64,000 nucleotides of DNA from contig JAULAX010000015.1 of the NCBI GenBank assembly GCA_032654565.1, positions 1,056,001 through 1,120,000 of the forward strand. The letters run 5' to 3'. Both the position numbers and the translations under genes were made by a program. Positions 40,991 through 49,827 of the stretch are shown one piece after another. This DNA comes from Anaeromyxobacteraceae bacterium (GTDB taxonomy: Bacteria > Myxococcota > Myxococcia > Myxococcales > Anaeromyxobacteraceae). Positions within the stretch are counted from its first letter, which is position 1. Every line of letters starts with the position of its first letter. The notes beneath the pieces were generated by a model. It did no database searches, had not been told where the DNA came from, and saw nothing but the letters and a program-made list of their open reading frames with translations.

Positions 40991-43744
40991 CTACTTCTTG
41001 GCCGAAGCCTTCTTCTTCGCCGGCTTCTTCGCCTTGAACGTTCCTGGCTCGGCTGCGGGCTTCGCCGCAGCACTCGCCGGTTTGGCCTTCGCCGCTGCAG
41101 CTGCCTTCGCGGGCCTGCGGCCGCCCTTCTTCGCCGCGCGCAGCGCCGCCTTCTCCATCCCCTCCGGCGAGGCCATGTACTCGCGCCGCTCCGCCAGCAG
41201 CTCCTGGGCCCGCTCCTCGGTCAGGTCTTCGGGCTGGTCGCCGCGCTTGAGCGTGGCGTTGGTCTCGCCGTCGGTGAGGTACATGCCGAACTTGCCGTCC
41301 TTGAGCGTGATCCTCTTCCCCGAGACCGGATCCTCGCCGAAGGTCTTGAGCGGCGCCCGGGGGGCGCCCCGGCCGCGGAACTGCTTGGGCTGGGCGAAGA
41401 TGGCCAGCGCCTGGTCGAGGGTGATGCTGAGGGCGACGCCGTCGTCCTCGCCGCCGAGGTTGCGGCTGTCCGGCCCCATGGTCAGGTAGGCGCCGAACTT
41501 GCCGTAGCAGGCGCGCACCTCGTCGCCGTTGGGGGCGGCGCCGAGCAGGCGGGGCAGGGCCAGCAGCTGCAGCGCCTGGTCGAGCGTCACCGTGGCCGGG
41601 TCCATCGACTTGAGCAGCGACTGGGTCTTGACCGGCTTCTCCGGCTTGGCCGTGGCCTTCGACTTCGTCTTCCCCTTCGAGGCGGCGGCCTCGGTGGCCA
41701 CCTCCACGACCTTGCCCGGGGGCGGCGCCAGCTGCACGTACGGGCCGAAGCGGCCCGACTTGACCCGCACCTCCAGGCCGGTGGCCGGGTCGAGGCCGAG
41801 CTCGCGGCCGCCGGTCGGCGCCGAGAGGATGCGCAGCGCCACCTCCACGGTCAGCTCGTCGGGGGCGAGGTTGCCGGGGATCGAGGCGGTGTCGTCGCCG
41901 CGCTTCAGGTAGGGGCCGTAGCGGCCGGGGCGGGCCTCGATGAGCACGCCATGGGCGTCAACGCCGATGGGGATGGAGTTGATGGCGGCGGCGTCGATGC
42001 CGCCGAGGTCGGAGACCAGCGCCTTGAGCCCGATGTGCTTGGCGTCCCCGAAGTAGAAGAGCTTGAGGAAGTCGACGCGTCCGCGCTCGCCGCCGGCCAC
42101 CTCGTCGAGGTCGTCCTCCATCTCGGCGGTGAAGGCGAAGTCGACCAGCTGGGTGAAGTGCTTCTGCAGCAGGGCCACCACCGGGAAGCTGACCCAGTCC
42201 GGCACCAGCGCTTGCCCCTTCTTCCAGACGTAGCGCGAGGCCAGCGCCCCCATGATCGAGGCGTAGGTGGAGGGGCGGCCGATGCCCAGCTCCTCCAGCT
42301 TCTTCACCAGCGAGGCCTCGGTGTAGCGGGCCGGCGGCGAGGTGACGTGGCCGATGGGCTCGAGCGCGTCGACCCTGACGGCCTCGCCCTCGCGCAGCTG
42401 CGGCAGCGGCGACTCCTGGTCGTCGAGCGCCGCCTCGGGATCGTCGGCCCCCTCGACGTAGGCCCGCAGGTAGCCGGGGAAGGTGATGGTGCGCCCGCCG
42501 GCGCTGAACTCGCAGCGCTCGCCGGCGGCGGTGGCGGCGTCGAGCTTCACCGACACCGACTCGCCCTCGGCGTCGGTCATCTGCGAGGCCACGGTCCGCT
42601 TCCAGATCAGGTCGTAGAGCCGCAGCTCGGCGCCGCTCAGCTCGCCGGAGAGCGAGTCGGGGGTGCGGAAGGCGTCGCCGGCCGGGCGGATGGCCTCGTG
42701 GGCCTCCTGGGCGTTCTTGGCCTTCTTGGCGTAGGTGCGCGGCGAGGCCGGCAGGAACTTGGGGCCGTAGAGCTCGCCGATCTGGGCGCGGGCCGCCGAC
42801 AGCGCCGTGGCCGAGAGCGTGGTGCTGTCGGTGCGCATGTAGGTGATGTAGCCGCGCTCGTAGAGCCCCTGGGCCAGCCGCATCACCTGCTGGGCGGAGA
42901 GGCGCAGCTTGCGGCCGCCCTCCTGCTGCATGGTGGAGGTGATGAAGGGGGGCTTGGGCGAGCTGCGGTAGCCCTTCTTGTCCAGCGAGCGGACCGTGAA
43001 GGGGCGCCCCTCGAGGCCGGCGGTGAGGGCGCGGGCGGTGGCCTCGTCGAGGAGGCGGGCGTCGGAGGAGAGGACCCCCTGCTCGTTGAAGTCCTTGCCG
43101 GTGGCGACGCGGCGGCCGGCCACCGCGGTGAGCGTGGAGGTGAAGGCCGGGGAGGTGGGGTGGCGGGCGGTGAGGTTCCAGTAGGAGCCGGCGCGGAAGC
43201 GCATCCGCTCCAGCTCCCGCTCGACGATGAGCTTGATGGCGGGCGACTGGACGCGGCCGGCCGAGAGCTTGGGGCCGATCTTGCGCCAGAGCACCGGCGA
43301 GACCTCGTAGCCGTAGAGCCGGTCGAGGGTGCGGCGCGCCTCCTGGGCGTCGACCAGCCCCTCGTCGATCTGCCGCGACTGCTCGACCGCCTCGAGGATG
43401 GCCTTCTTGGTGATCTCGTGGAAGACCATCCGGTGGACCGGGACCTTGGGCTTGAGCCGGTTGAGCAGGTGCCAGGCGATGGCCTCGCCCTCGCGGTCTT
43501 CGTCGGTGGCCAGGTAGAGGGCGCTGGCGGTGGCCAGGGCGGCCTTGAGCTCGGCGATCACCTTGGGCTTGGTCACCTCGTAGGTCAGGGCGAAGTCGTT
43601 CTCCACGTCCACGCAGAGCGGGGAGGAGGGCAGGTCGACGACGTGACCGACGGAGGCCATCACCTTGAAGTCGGCGCCGAGGTACTTTTCGATGGTCTTG
43701 GCCTTGGCGGGCGACTCGACGATGACCAGGGACTTGGAAGCCAT
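40991..43744 (-). CDS. topA: DNA topoisomerase I with Topo_C repeats and Lys/Ala-rich tail
   Basis: LVIVESPAKAKTI, DEDREGE, SAGRVQS, GYITYMRTD; 'GR(Y/F)GPY' repeats. Confidence 0.97.
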   Translation of the reverse strand: MASKSLVIVESPAKAKTIEKYLGADFKVMASVGHVVDLPSSPLCVDVENDFALTYEVTKPKVIAELKAALATASALYLATDEDREGEAIAWHLLNRLKPKVPVHRMVFHEITKKAILEAVEQSRQIDEGLVDAQEARRTLDRLYGYEVSPVLWRKIGPKLSAGRVQSPAIKLIVERELERMRFRAGSYWNLTARHPTSPAFTSTLTAVAGRRVATGKDFNEQGVLSSDARLLDEATARALTAGLEGRPFTVRSLDKKGYRSSPKPPFITSTMQQEGGRKLRLSAQQVMRLAQGLYERGYITYMRTDSTTLSATALSAARAQIGELYGPKFLPASPRTYAKKAKNAQEAHEAIRPAGDAFRTPDSLSGELSGAELRLYDLIWKRTVASQMTDAEGESVSVKLDAATAAGERCEFSAGGRTITFPGYLRAYVEGADDPEAALDDQESPLPQLREGEAVRVDALEPIGHVTSPPARYTEASLVKKLEELGIGRPSTYASIMGALASRYVWKKGQALVPDWVSFPVVALLQKHFTQLVDFAFTAEMEDDLDEVAGGERGRVDFLKLFYFGDAKHIGLKALVSDLGGIDAAAINSIPIGVDAHGVLIEARPGRYGPYLKRGDDTASIPGNLAPDELTVEVALRILSAPTGGRELGLDPATGLEVRVKSGRFGPYVQLAPPPGKVVEVATEAAASKGKTKSKATAKPEKPVKTQSLLKSMDPATVTLDQALQLLALPRLLGAAPNGDEVRACYGKFGAYLTMGPDSRNLGGEDDGVALSITLDQALAIFAQPKQFRGRGAPRAPLKTFGEDPVSGKRITLKDGKFGMYLTDGETNATLKRGDQPEDLTEERAQELLAERREYMASPEGMEKAALRAAKKGGRRPAKAAAAAKAKPASAAAKPAAEPGTFKAKKPAKKKASAKK

Positions 43745-43829
43745 GGCCGGGACGGATAGGTGGAGGGGGAGGGTCTTGTCAACTGAGGTGGGCTGCATGG
43801 GTCCCGTCAGGAGGGGCTAGGATGTGGGC

Positions 43830-44399
43830 ATGACGGGTCGAAAACTGGTTGGAAACCGGGAATCGCCTCGCGCCAGCGCGTGGGTGGCGCTGCTCCGGGG
43901 CGTGAACGTGGGCGGCCGCCACCTGCTGCCCATGGAGACGCTGGCGCGGTTCTTCGAGCAGGCGGGCTGCTCGGAGGTGCGGACGGTGATCCAGAGCGGG
44001 AACGTCCTGTTCCGGGCCACGGCCACGGTGGCCCGGGCGGCGCCGGCGCTGGTGGAGGCCCGGATAGAGAAGGAGTGCGGGTTCCGGGCGCCCGTCGTGC
44101 TGCGCAGCGCCGCCGAGGTGGCGGCGGTGCTGGCCGGCAACCCCTTCCTGGCCGAGGGGGAGGAGGAGCTGCTGCAGGTGGTCTTCCTGGCCAAGAAGCC
44201 GGCGACGGCGGCGGTGGCGAAGCTCGATCCCGGCCACTCGCTCGGCGACCGGTTCGTGGTGCGGGGGCGGGAGGTGTACCTGCTGCTGCCCCGGGGCGTC
44301 TCCGGGACCCGCTTCACCGTCGACTACCTGGACCGGACCCTGGGCACCACCGGCACCTGGCGCAACTGGCGGAGCGTGAAGCGGCTGGCGGAGGGGTAG
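43830..44399 (+). CDS. DUF1697 family protein
   Basis: VALLRGVNVGG, IQSGNVLF, TWRNWRSV. Confidence 0.9.
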   Translation: MTGRKLVGNRESPRASAWVALLRGVNVGGRHLLPMETLARFFEQAGCSEVRTVIQSGNVLFRATATVARAAPALVEARIEKECGFRAPVVLRSAAEVAAVLAGNPFLAEGEEELLQVVFLAKKPATAAVAKLDPGHSLGDRFVVRGREVYLLLPRGVSGTRFTVDYLDRTLGTTGTWRNWRSVKRLAEG

Positions 44400-44408
44400 G
44401 GGGTCGGG

Positions 44409-45380
44409 TCAGGCGGCCGAGCTGGTGCGGAAGATCTCCGACCTGTGGAAGTCCAGGAAGGTCTCCTGCTCAGGGGTGAACGAACCGACACCTGGCGGGT
44501 GGTCGGGGTCGACACCGAGCTTGACGAGCGCGGCCTCGTCGGCCACGGGCGAGACGAGGACGCGCCCCTCTGAGAACGTGATGAACCCGCGGTCGAAGAG
44601 GAAGTCGGCCTGGGGAGCAAGCATCAGGCCGTTGTGCTTGCTGAGCCGCTCGCCGTTCGACGCGTGGCGCCAGGGCTTGATGTGGCTGGCAATGAGGTAG
44701 GCGGGATTGGTGACGCCGGTGATTCGGCATTCCCGCTCGACACGCGCGATGTTGCTTCGGAAGACGCCTTGACCTCGACGAGCCTTCACGAGTGCCTCGC
44801 GTTCGGTTTCCGGGATGGGTCCAGCCGCGAGCTCCTCGATGATGTGACCCTCCCAGAGCTCACGCTCGGGCTCCTCGGCCGACAGCAGGAGGGCCTGCTT
44901 CCTGTCCCTGACAAGGATCGGATTCCCGGCCTGGGCGGCTAGGTTCCAGAGCACCTGTCCAAGCGCAAGAGGGAGCTCGGCGAGGTAGACGGATTGGAGC
45001 CCTCGGCCGCTGGCCCTGTTCAAGGGCGAGTACATCTCGGGCAGCAGGTTGCCGATGGAGCCCCAGTGGTCCCTTGGAGCGACGGGCTGCTCGAGGCGAA
45101 CGTACTGCACGTCCACGCGATACCCGACCTCTCCCCAGTTTCGACCGGCGGGCCCGAACTCGACCGGCTTGGGGGCGTCGTAGCCGAAGGAGCAGATCGT
45201 GCCGTACGCACGGACGGAACCCTCCCAGTAAGAGAAGACGAGATCCCCGGGGGCGACCGCCTTCATGTTCTCGTAGAACTGGTTCCGGGACTGGTCGCGT
45301 TTGCGCTTGGGCGACCAGAGATAGCCGCCGCCGATCTCGTGACGGTGGGTCTGCTTCTGGTTGACCCACCAGTAGCGCAA
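44409..45380 (-). CDS. HNH endonuclease with N-terminal PUA/EVE-like domain, candidate modification-dependent restriction enzyme
   Basis: YWWVNQ..GGYLWSP; 'RRGQGVFR..CRITG..LIASHIKPWR..NGLML..D.LFDRG'; TTG start; lower GC. Confidence 0.85.
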   Translation of the reverse strand: MRYWWVNQKQTHRHEIGGGYLWSPKRKRDQSRNQFYENMKAVAPGDLVFSYWEGSVRAYGTICSFGYDAPKPVEFGPAGRNWGEVGYRVDVQYVRLEQPVAPRDHWGSIGNLLPEMYSPLNRASGRGLQSVYLAELPLALGQVLWNLAAQAGNPILVRDRKQALLLSAEEPERELWEGHIIEELAAGPIPETEREALVKARRGQGVFRSNIARVERECRITGVTNPAYLIASHIKPWRHASNGERLSKHNGLMLAPQADFLFDRGFITFSEGRVLVSPVADEAALVKLGVDPDHPPGVGSFTPEQETFLDFHRSEIFRTSSAA

Positions 45381-45510
45381 GGTGTGACGAGCTTACTGCG
45401 ACCCTGGGTTGGATGACCAGGCGGGTAAGGATCTGGCTAGAGCACCAGCGGGGAGCCATCGCGAAAGTCCCGTCCCACTTGGGTTCCCTGCGTTTCGGCG
45501 ACCCCAAGAA

Positions 45511-45538
45511 TGTCAGACCCGCATGAGACGCTCCGTGA
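45511..45538 (+). promoter_or_regulatory. RecA-NDp/PafBC-like promoter geometry
   Basis: TGTCAG-N10-GACGCT-N6-ATG. Confidence 0.35.
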
Positions 45539-46954
45539 ATGATCAACGCGCAACCGACCCCATCCTCGGCCGCGGCTTCGACTCACGGAGCGGCCACCCC
45601 CTCCCTCGCACTCCTGGAAGCACGGCAGCTCCGCGACGCGCTCAAGGTCCTCCTCCGCAGGGAGCAGGCCGCCATGGCCGACTTCCTCGTCGCCCTGGCC
45701 GACTTCGATCGGCGGCGTGGCTGGGAGGCGCTGGGACATGCCAGCCTCTTCGCCTTCCTCATCGCCGATCTCGGGCTCTCCAAGAGCGCGGCCTATTACC
45801 GCAGGAGCGCCGCCGAGCTGCTCCAGCACTTCCCGGAGGTCATCGCGCCGCTCGGAGAGGGCAAGCTCTGCCTCTCCACGGTCGGCGAGCTGGCCAAGGT
45901 GCTGACCGAAGAGAACCGGGCCGTCGTCACGCCGCGCTTCTTCGGTCTCTCGTCGCGTGAGGCGCAGGAGCTGGTCGCCGAGCTCCAGCCTCGCCACGTG
46001 CCGAGCACCAGGCTGGTGGTGACCCGGCTGTTCGACCGATCGGTGGCGTCGCCAGCCAGCGCCGCTCAGCCCCTGCTCACGCTCACGCAAGCGCTTCCGT
46101 CCGGATCTACGCCGCCGACCACGCTGCCGTTCGGTTCCGCACCGCAGTCCAATTCCGCGTCGCTGTTCGGCGCACACCCGAACGCGGTCCCTCTTTGGCG
46201 ATTCCCGACGTCGGGAATCGCCAAAGGGGGAGACGTACGGCCGCAGTCTCCGCGCGACGACATCGAACCACTCACGGCCGACCTGCGCCGGCTCCACATC
46301 ACCGTCTCGCGCCAGCTCCTGAAGAAGCTCGAAGCCGCTCAGTCCGGCCTCGGCCACGCCATCCCAGGCGCGACGATGGAGCAGGTGATCGACGCGGCGG
46401 TCGACCTGCTGCTGGAGAAGCAGGCCAGGGCGCGCGGGCAGGTGAAGCGGCCGCGCGGCGTGGCCGCCACGGCGGCGCCGCTGCCGGTGAGGGAGGTTGT
46501 CGCCGCCCCGGCGCGACCGAGCACCGAGAAGACGCCCCAGGTCACTCCGACCGACCCGCAACCAGGCTCCCCTCCACCGCACGCGCTCGTCCCGTCCAGG
46601 CCTCCCCTGACCGAGCCCTCGACCGAACCTTCGAACGAGCCACCACCTCACCGCCGCACCGGCGCCCGCGAACCCATCCCCGCCGCCGTGCGCCGCGCCG
46701 TCTGGGCGCGCGACGCCGGCCGCTGCTCCTGGCCGCTCGACGGTGGCGGCTGCTGCGGCTCGACGCACCGGCTGGAGCTCGACCACATCGTGCCCTGGGC
46801 CAGGTGGGGCGACTCGACGGAGGCCAACCTGCGCCTCACCTGCGCCGCGCACAACAGGCTCGCGGCGCGGGAGATGTTCGGCGAGCGGGTGACGGCCCGG
46901 TACCGCGGGGTGAGGGAGCCGCCGGCGCAGTACGGAGCCGCGGCGTCGGGGTGA
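45539..46954 (+). CDS. DUF222-like protein with C-terminal HNH endonuclease
   Basis: N-terminal 'LADFDRRRGWEALGHASLF.F'; C-terminal 'VWARDAGRC..C..LELDHIVP..NLRLTCAAHN'. Confidence 0.85.
   Translation: MINAQPTPSSAAASTHGAATPSLALLEARQLRDALKVLLRREQAAMADFLVALADFDRRRGWEALGHASLFAFLIADLGLSKSAAYYRRSAAELLQHFPEVIAPLGEGKLCLSTVGELAKVLTEENRAVVTPRFFGLSSREAQELVAELQPRHVPSTRLVVTRLFDRSVASPASAAQPLLTLTQALPSGSTPPTTLPFGSAPQSNSASLFGAHPNAVPLWRFPTSGIAKGGDVRPQSPRDDIEPLTADLRRLHITVSRQLLKKLEAAQSGLGHAIPGATMEQVIDAAVDLLLEKQARARGQVKRPRGVAATAAPLPVREVVAAPARPSTEKTPQVTPTDPQPGSPPPHALVPSRPPLTEPSTEPSNEPPPHRRTGAREPIPAAVRRAVWARDAGRCSWPLDGGGCCGSTHRLELDHIVPWARWGDSTEANLRLTCAAHNRLAAREMFGERVTARYRGVREPPAQYGAAASG
46193..46226. repeat. Perfect 34-bp palindrome inside the HNH gene
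   Basis: CTTTGGCGATTCCCGAC|GTCGGGAATCGCCAAAG. Confidence 0.95.
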
Positions 46955-46963
46955 GAGGCCGCG

Positions 46964-47462
46964 CTACTGAACCCGCTCCCAGGTCAGCACGTAGACCGAG
47001 GTCTTGCCGGTGGTCGCGCTCTTCATCGGCGTCGACCGCATGGTGAGGCGGTTCCCCTCGCGCTTCAGCTGCCGCACCTGATCGGTTCCGACCCACTCCG
47101 GGAGCCAGGCCACGTCGACGTGGAAGGTGACCTGCTCGCCGCTCACCGCCCAGCGCCCCGAGTAGGCGGACATGGTGTTGAAGAGCTTCTCCACCTTCTC
47201 GGCGCCCCCCGGCTCGCCGTGCGGCACGGCCAGGCGCCCCTCGGCCGTGATCACCACACTCATCCGCCCCCCCCGGCAGCAGCACCAGGAAGCCCTCCGG
47301 TCGCTCACCCCACGGCCTGGCGATCGCCCCGGTCTCGACCTCCTCGCGCACGTAGGCGGTGAGCCGCCAGGTCCCCTGCAGCGACGGCTCCTCGCCGCGC
47401 GCCGGTGCGGAGAGGAGGAGCAGCCCAAGCAGGAGCGCGGCGCGCGGCAGGGACGTTGTCAT
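46964..47462 (-). pseudogene. Lipocalin-like domain secreted protein, frameshifted at a G8 run
   Basis: 'LQGTWRL..PWGERPEGFLV' and 'MSVVI..AYSGRW..VGTDQVR..LTWER' lie in different frames joined at 47267-47274. Confidence 0.8.
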
Positions 47463-47535
47463 GGACGACCCCCGGTGGTGGGAGGCCCGAATCTAGCGAA
47501 CCACCAGCGTGACCGGAAGTGCGGAATGCGACTGC

Positions 47536-48153
47536 CTACGGCGGCGGGACCTGTCCGAAGCTCGGCCGCCCCGTGCGCCGGTACGTGGCCAGCACCACGC
47601 CGGTGCTGGAGCCCCGCGACGTGACCAGCTCGAAGGCCGTCGGCACCGTCCCGCTGCCGAAGAGCCGCTTGCCGCTCCCCAGGATGACCGGGAAGGTGAG
47701 CAGGTTCAGCTCGTCGACCAGCCCGTGCTCCAGCAGCGTCTGGGCCAGCCCCGGGCTGCCGTGCACCTGCAGCTCGCCCTCGCCGAGCGTGCGCTTCAAG
47801 GCCGCCACCTCGGCCGGCACGTCGCGCACCAGGCTGCTCCCGGCCCACTCCACCCTGGCCAGCGTCCGCGAGGCCACGTACTTCGGCAGCCCGTTGAGCT
47901 TCCTGGCGACCTGGTCAGCGGGGTCGGTCACCTTCGGCCAGTGGCCGGCGAAGATCTGCCAGGTCCCACGCCCCAGCAGGAAGGCCACGGGCCGATCGAA
48001 GATCCCGGTCATGAACTCGCCGAAGGCCTGGTCCACGTAGGGCACCACCCAACCGCCGTGCGCGAACCCGCCGCTCACGTCCTCCTGTGGCCCGCCCGGC
48101 CCCTGCATCACGCCGTCGAGCGTCACGAACGCCGTCATCGTCAGCCTGGCCAT
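47536..48153 (-). CDS. Dihydrofolate reductase / RibD C-terminal family protein
   Basis: TLDGVMQGPG, LLGRGTW, VHGS, PVILGSGKRLF. Confidence 0.9.
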   Translation of the reverse strand: MARLTMTAFVTLDGVMQGPGGPQEDVSGGFAHGGWVVPYVDQAFGEFMTGIFDRPVAFLLGRGTWQIFAGHWPKVTDPADQVARKLNGLPKYVASRTLARVEWAGSSLVRDVPAEVAALKRTLGEGELQVHGSPGLAQTLLEHGLVDELNLLTFPVILGSGKRLFGSGTVPTAFELVTSRGSSTGVVLATYRRTGRPSFGQVPPP

Positions 48154-48265
48154 GGCTCGCCGCCTCCTTCAAGGGTCCCACGTCCGGCAAACCTAACGGC
48201 GCGGGCGGGAGGTGGCACGCGATCCGGCGCCGGGCGTGATCGGGGAGGCGGCGGCCAGGTGCTGG

Positions 48266-49588
48266 CTACCAGCCTGGGCGCCCTGAAGGGCGCCCGATAT
48301 GCCCAGCCAGCGCGGCCACCGCGGCTCCGGCCCCGTCGGCGAAGCGCCGCACCTGATCGGAGAGCAACGGCTGGGCCGCCACCTCGCCCCAGAAGCGCAT
48401 GGACCAGGCCGCAGCGTCGGGCCAGACGTCCAGGGTGGCGCCGGTGGGCGGCGCCGGCACGAAGCGGCGATTCACCAGCGTCTCGGCGGCGGGCGCCAGG
48501 ATCATGGGGAGCATGTCGTAGGAGGGGGCCAGCCGGAGCGACCCCTCCGGCGCCGCCAGGAAGGCCAGGTTCCCGGCGTGGCGATCGTTGTTGCCGATGA
48601 GCTGGCCGAAGGTGTCGAGCCAGCGCACCCGCCGCCGGTCCTCGGGAGAGAGGAGGAACGGCGGCCCCACCAGCTGGGCCACCACGGCGATCCAGTCGCC
48701 GCCGACGCCGAGGTGCTCGTTGTCGATGGCGCCGAGGGAGATCACGGCACGGCGGCCGCGCGCGCCGACCCGGTCGAACCGCTCGACCTCGAGGAAGCGC
48801 CAGCCCTCCACGTCCATCCAGCGGGCCGTCGAGGCCGGCACGCCGGCCGTGGCCACCAGCTCCAGCGCCTTCCACTCGCACCAGAGCAGATCCCGCCAGC
48901 GCCGGGCGCTCGGGGCCGACTCACCCGAGGCGAACTTCACCAGCAGGTGGCGTCCCCGGGCGAAGGCGCCGAACTTGGGCCGCTCACCGCCCGCCGAGGA
49001 GCCGGCCACGTCGGTGGCGGCGCGCTCGGCCAGCTGCGGGTAGGAGGCCGGCTCGACCTCGCGCAGCGGCGCCGCCAGCGCGCGCGACAGCGACTCGTCG
49101 CCCACCACCAGGTCGCCGACGCAGTCCTCGCCCCGCCGAGCCAGCGCCGTGAGCCGGTGATCGTCCGACCAGCGCCCCAGCCGCGGCGGCAGCGCCAGCT
49201 CGGGGAATCGGCTGGGGAAGCCGTGGCCGAGGAACCCCTGCGGCGCCATGTCGGCGAGGGCCGGCGGCAGCCCGGCGAAGAGGAGACCGGCGCGCCCCGA
49301 CTCCCACCAGTGCTGCCCCTCGGCCAGCAGGTGCAGCAGGCCCGCCGCGGTGGCCTGGCCCGTCTCGTCGACCCGGAAGATGGGGAGGCGCCGGCCCAGC
49401 CCCTCGATCTGGCGGGTCCTCGCGTAGCTGGTGGCCCGGCCACTCCACATGCGGAGGACGCGCTCACCGGCCCTGCCCACCAGCCGGGAGAGCGTCGGCC
49501 CGGAGATCCCGAGCGCGGTACGCAGCTCGGCGGCCCGCGCCACCCGGCGCCGGGAGAGCTCTGCGAGGAGGCTGTCGACGTCGGTCAT
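48266..49588 (-). CDS. yjjJ: HipA-family kinase toxin, YjjJ-like
   Basis: N-terminal HTH 'LGISGPTLSR'; GSSAGGERPKF; RFDR; LIGNNDRHAGN; LAPSYDMLP. Confidence 0.88.
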   Translation of the reverse strand: MTDVDSLLAELSRRRVARAAELRTALGISGPTLSRLVGRAGERVLRMWSGRATSYARTRQIEGLGRRLPIFRVDETGQATAAGLLHLLAEGQHWWESGRAGLLFAGLPPALADMAPQGFLGHGFPSRFPELALPPRLGRWSDDHRLTALARRGEDCVGDLVVGDESLSRALAAPLREVEPASYPQLAERAATDVAGSSAGGERPKFGAFARGRHLLVKFASGESAPSARRWRDLLWCEWKALELVATAGVPASTARWMDVEGWRFLEVERFDRVGARGRRAVISLGAIDNEHLGVGGDWIAVVAQLVGPPFLLSPEDRRRVRWLDTFGQLIGNNDRHAGNLAFLAAPEGSLRLAPSYDMLPMILAPAAETLVNRRFVPAPPTGATLDVWPDAAAWSMRFWGEVAAQPLLSDQVRRFADGAGAAVAALAGHIGRPSGRPGW

Positions 49589-49642
49589 CGGGTGTGCCGG
49601 TGCTGGTCAGGCGGCGGTGGGGCGGCGGTGGAGGCGTCGCTG

Positions 49643-49753
49643 GAAACGAAGCGTGAATCAATACGTGAAACGATACACGAAACGATAAAGCAGACGCAAG
49701 AACAGCAAACGCAATCACTTAGGAGTTCATGGACCCGGACGAATGAAACGATT
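49643..49753. promoter_or_regulatory. 12-bp direct-repeat array upstream of the yjjJ-like gene
   Basis: GAAACGA-like units at 49643, 49655, 49667, 49679, plus one at 49745, in an AT-rich patch. Confidence 0.65.
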
Positions 49754-49827
49754 TCCTGGCCAGCGCGCCCGCCCACCCGCCCCGCCCCGCCCCGCCCCGC
49801 CCCGCCGCCCGCCTCGCCGCCTCCCCC

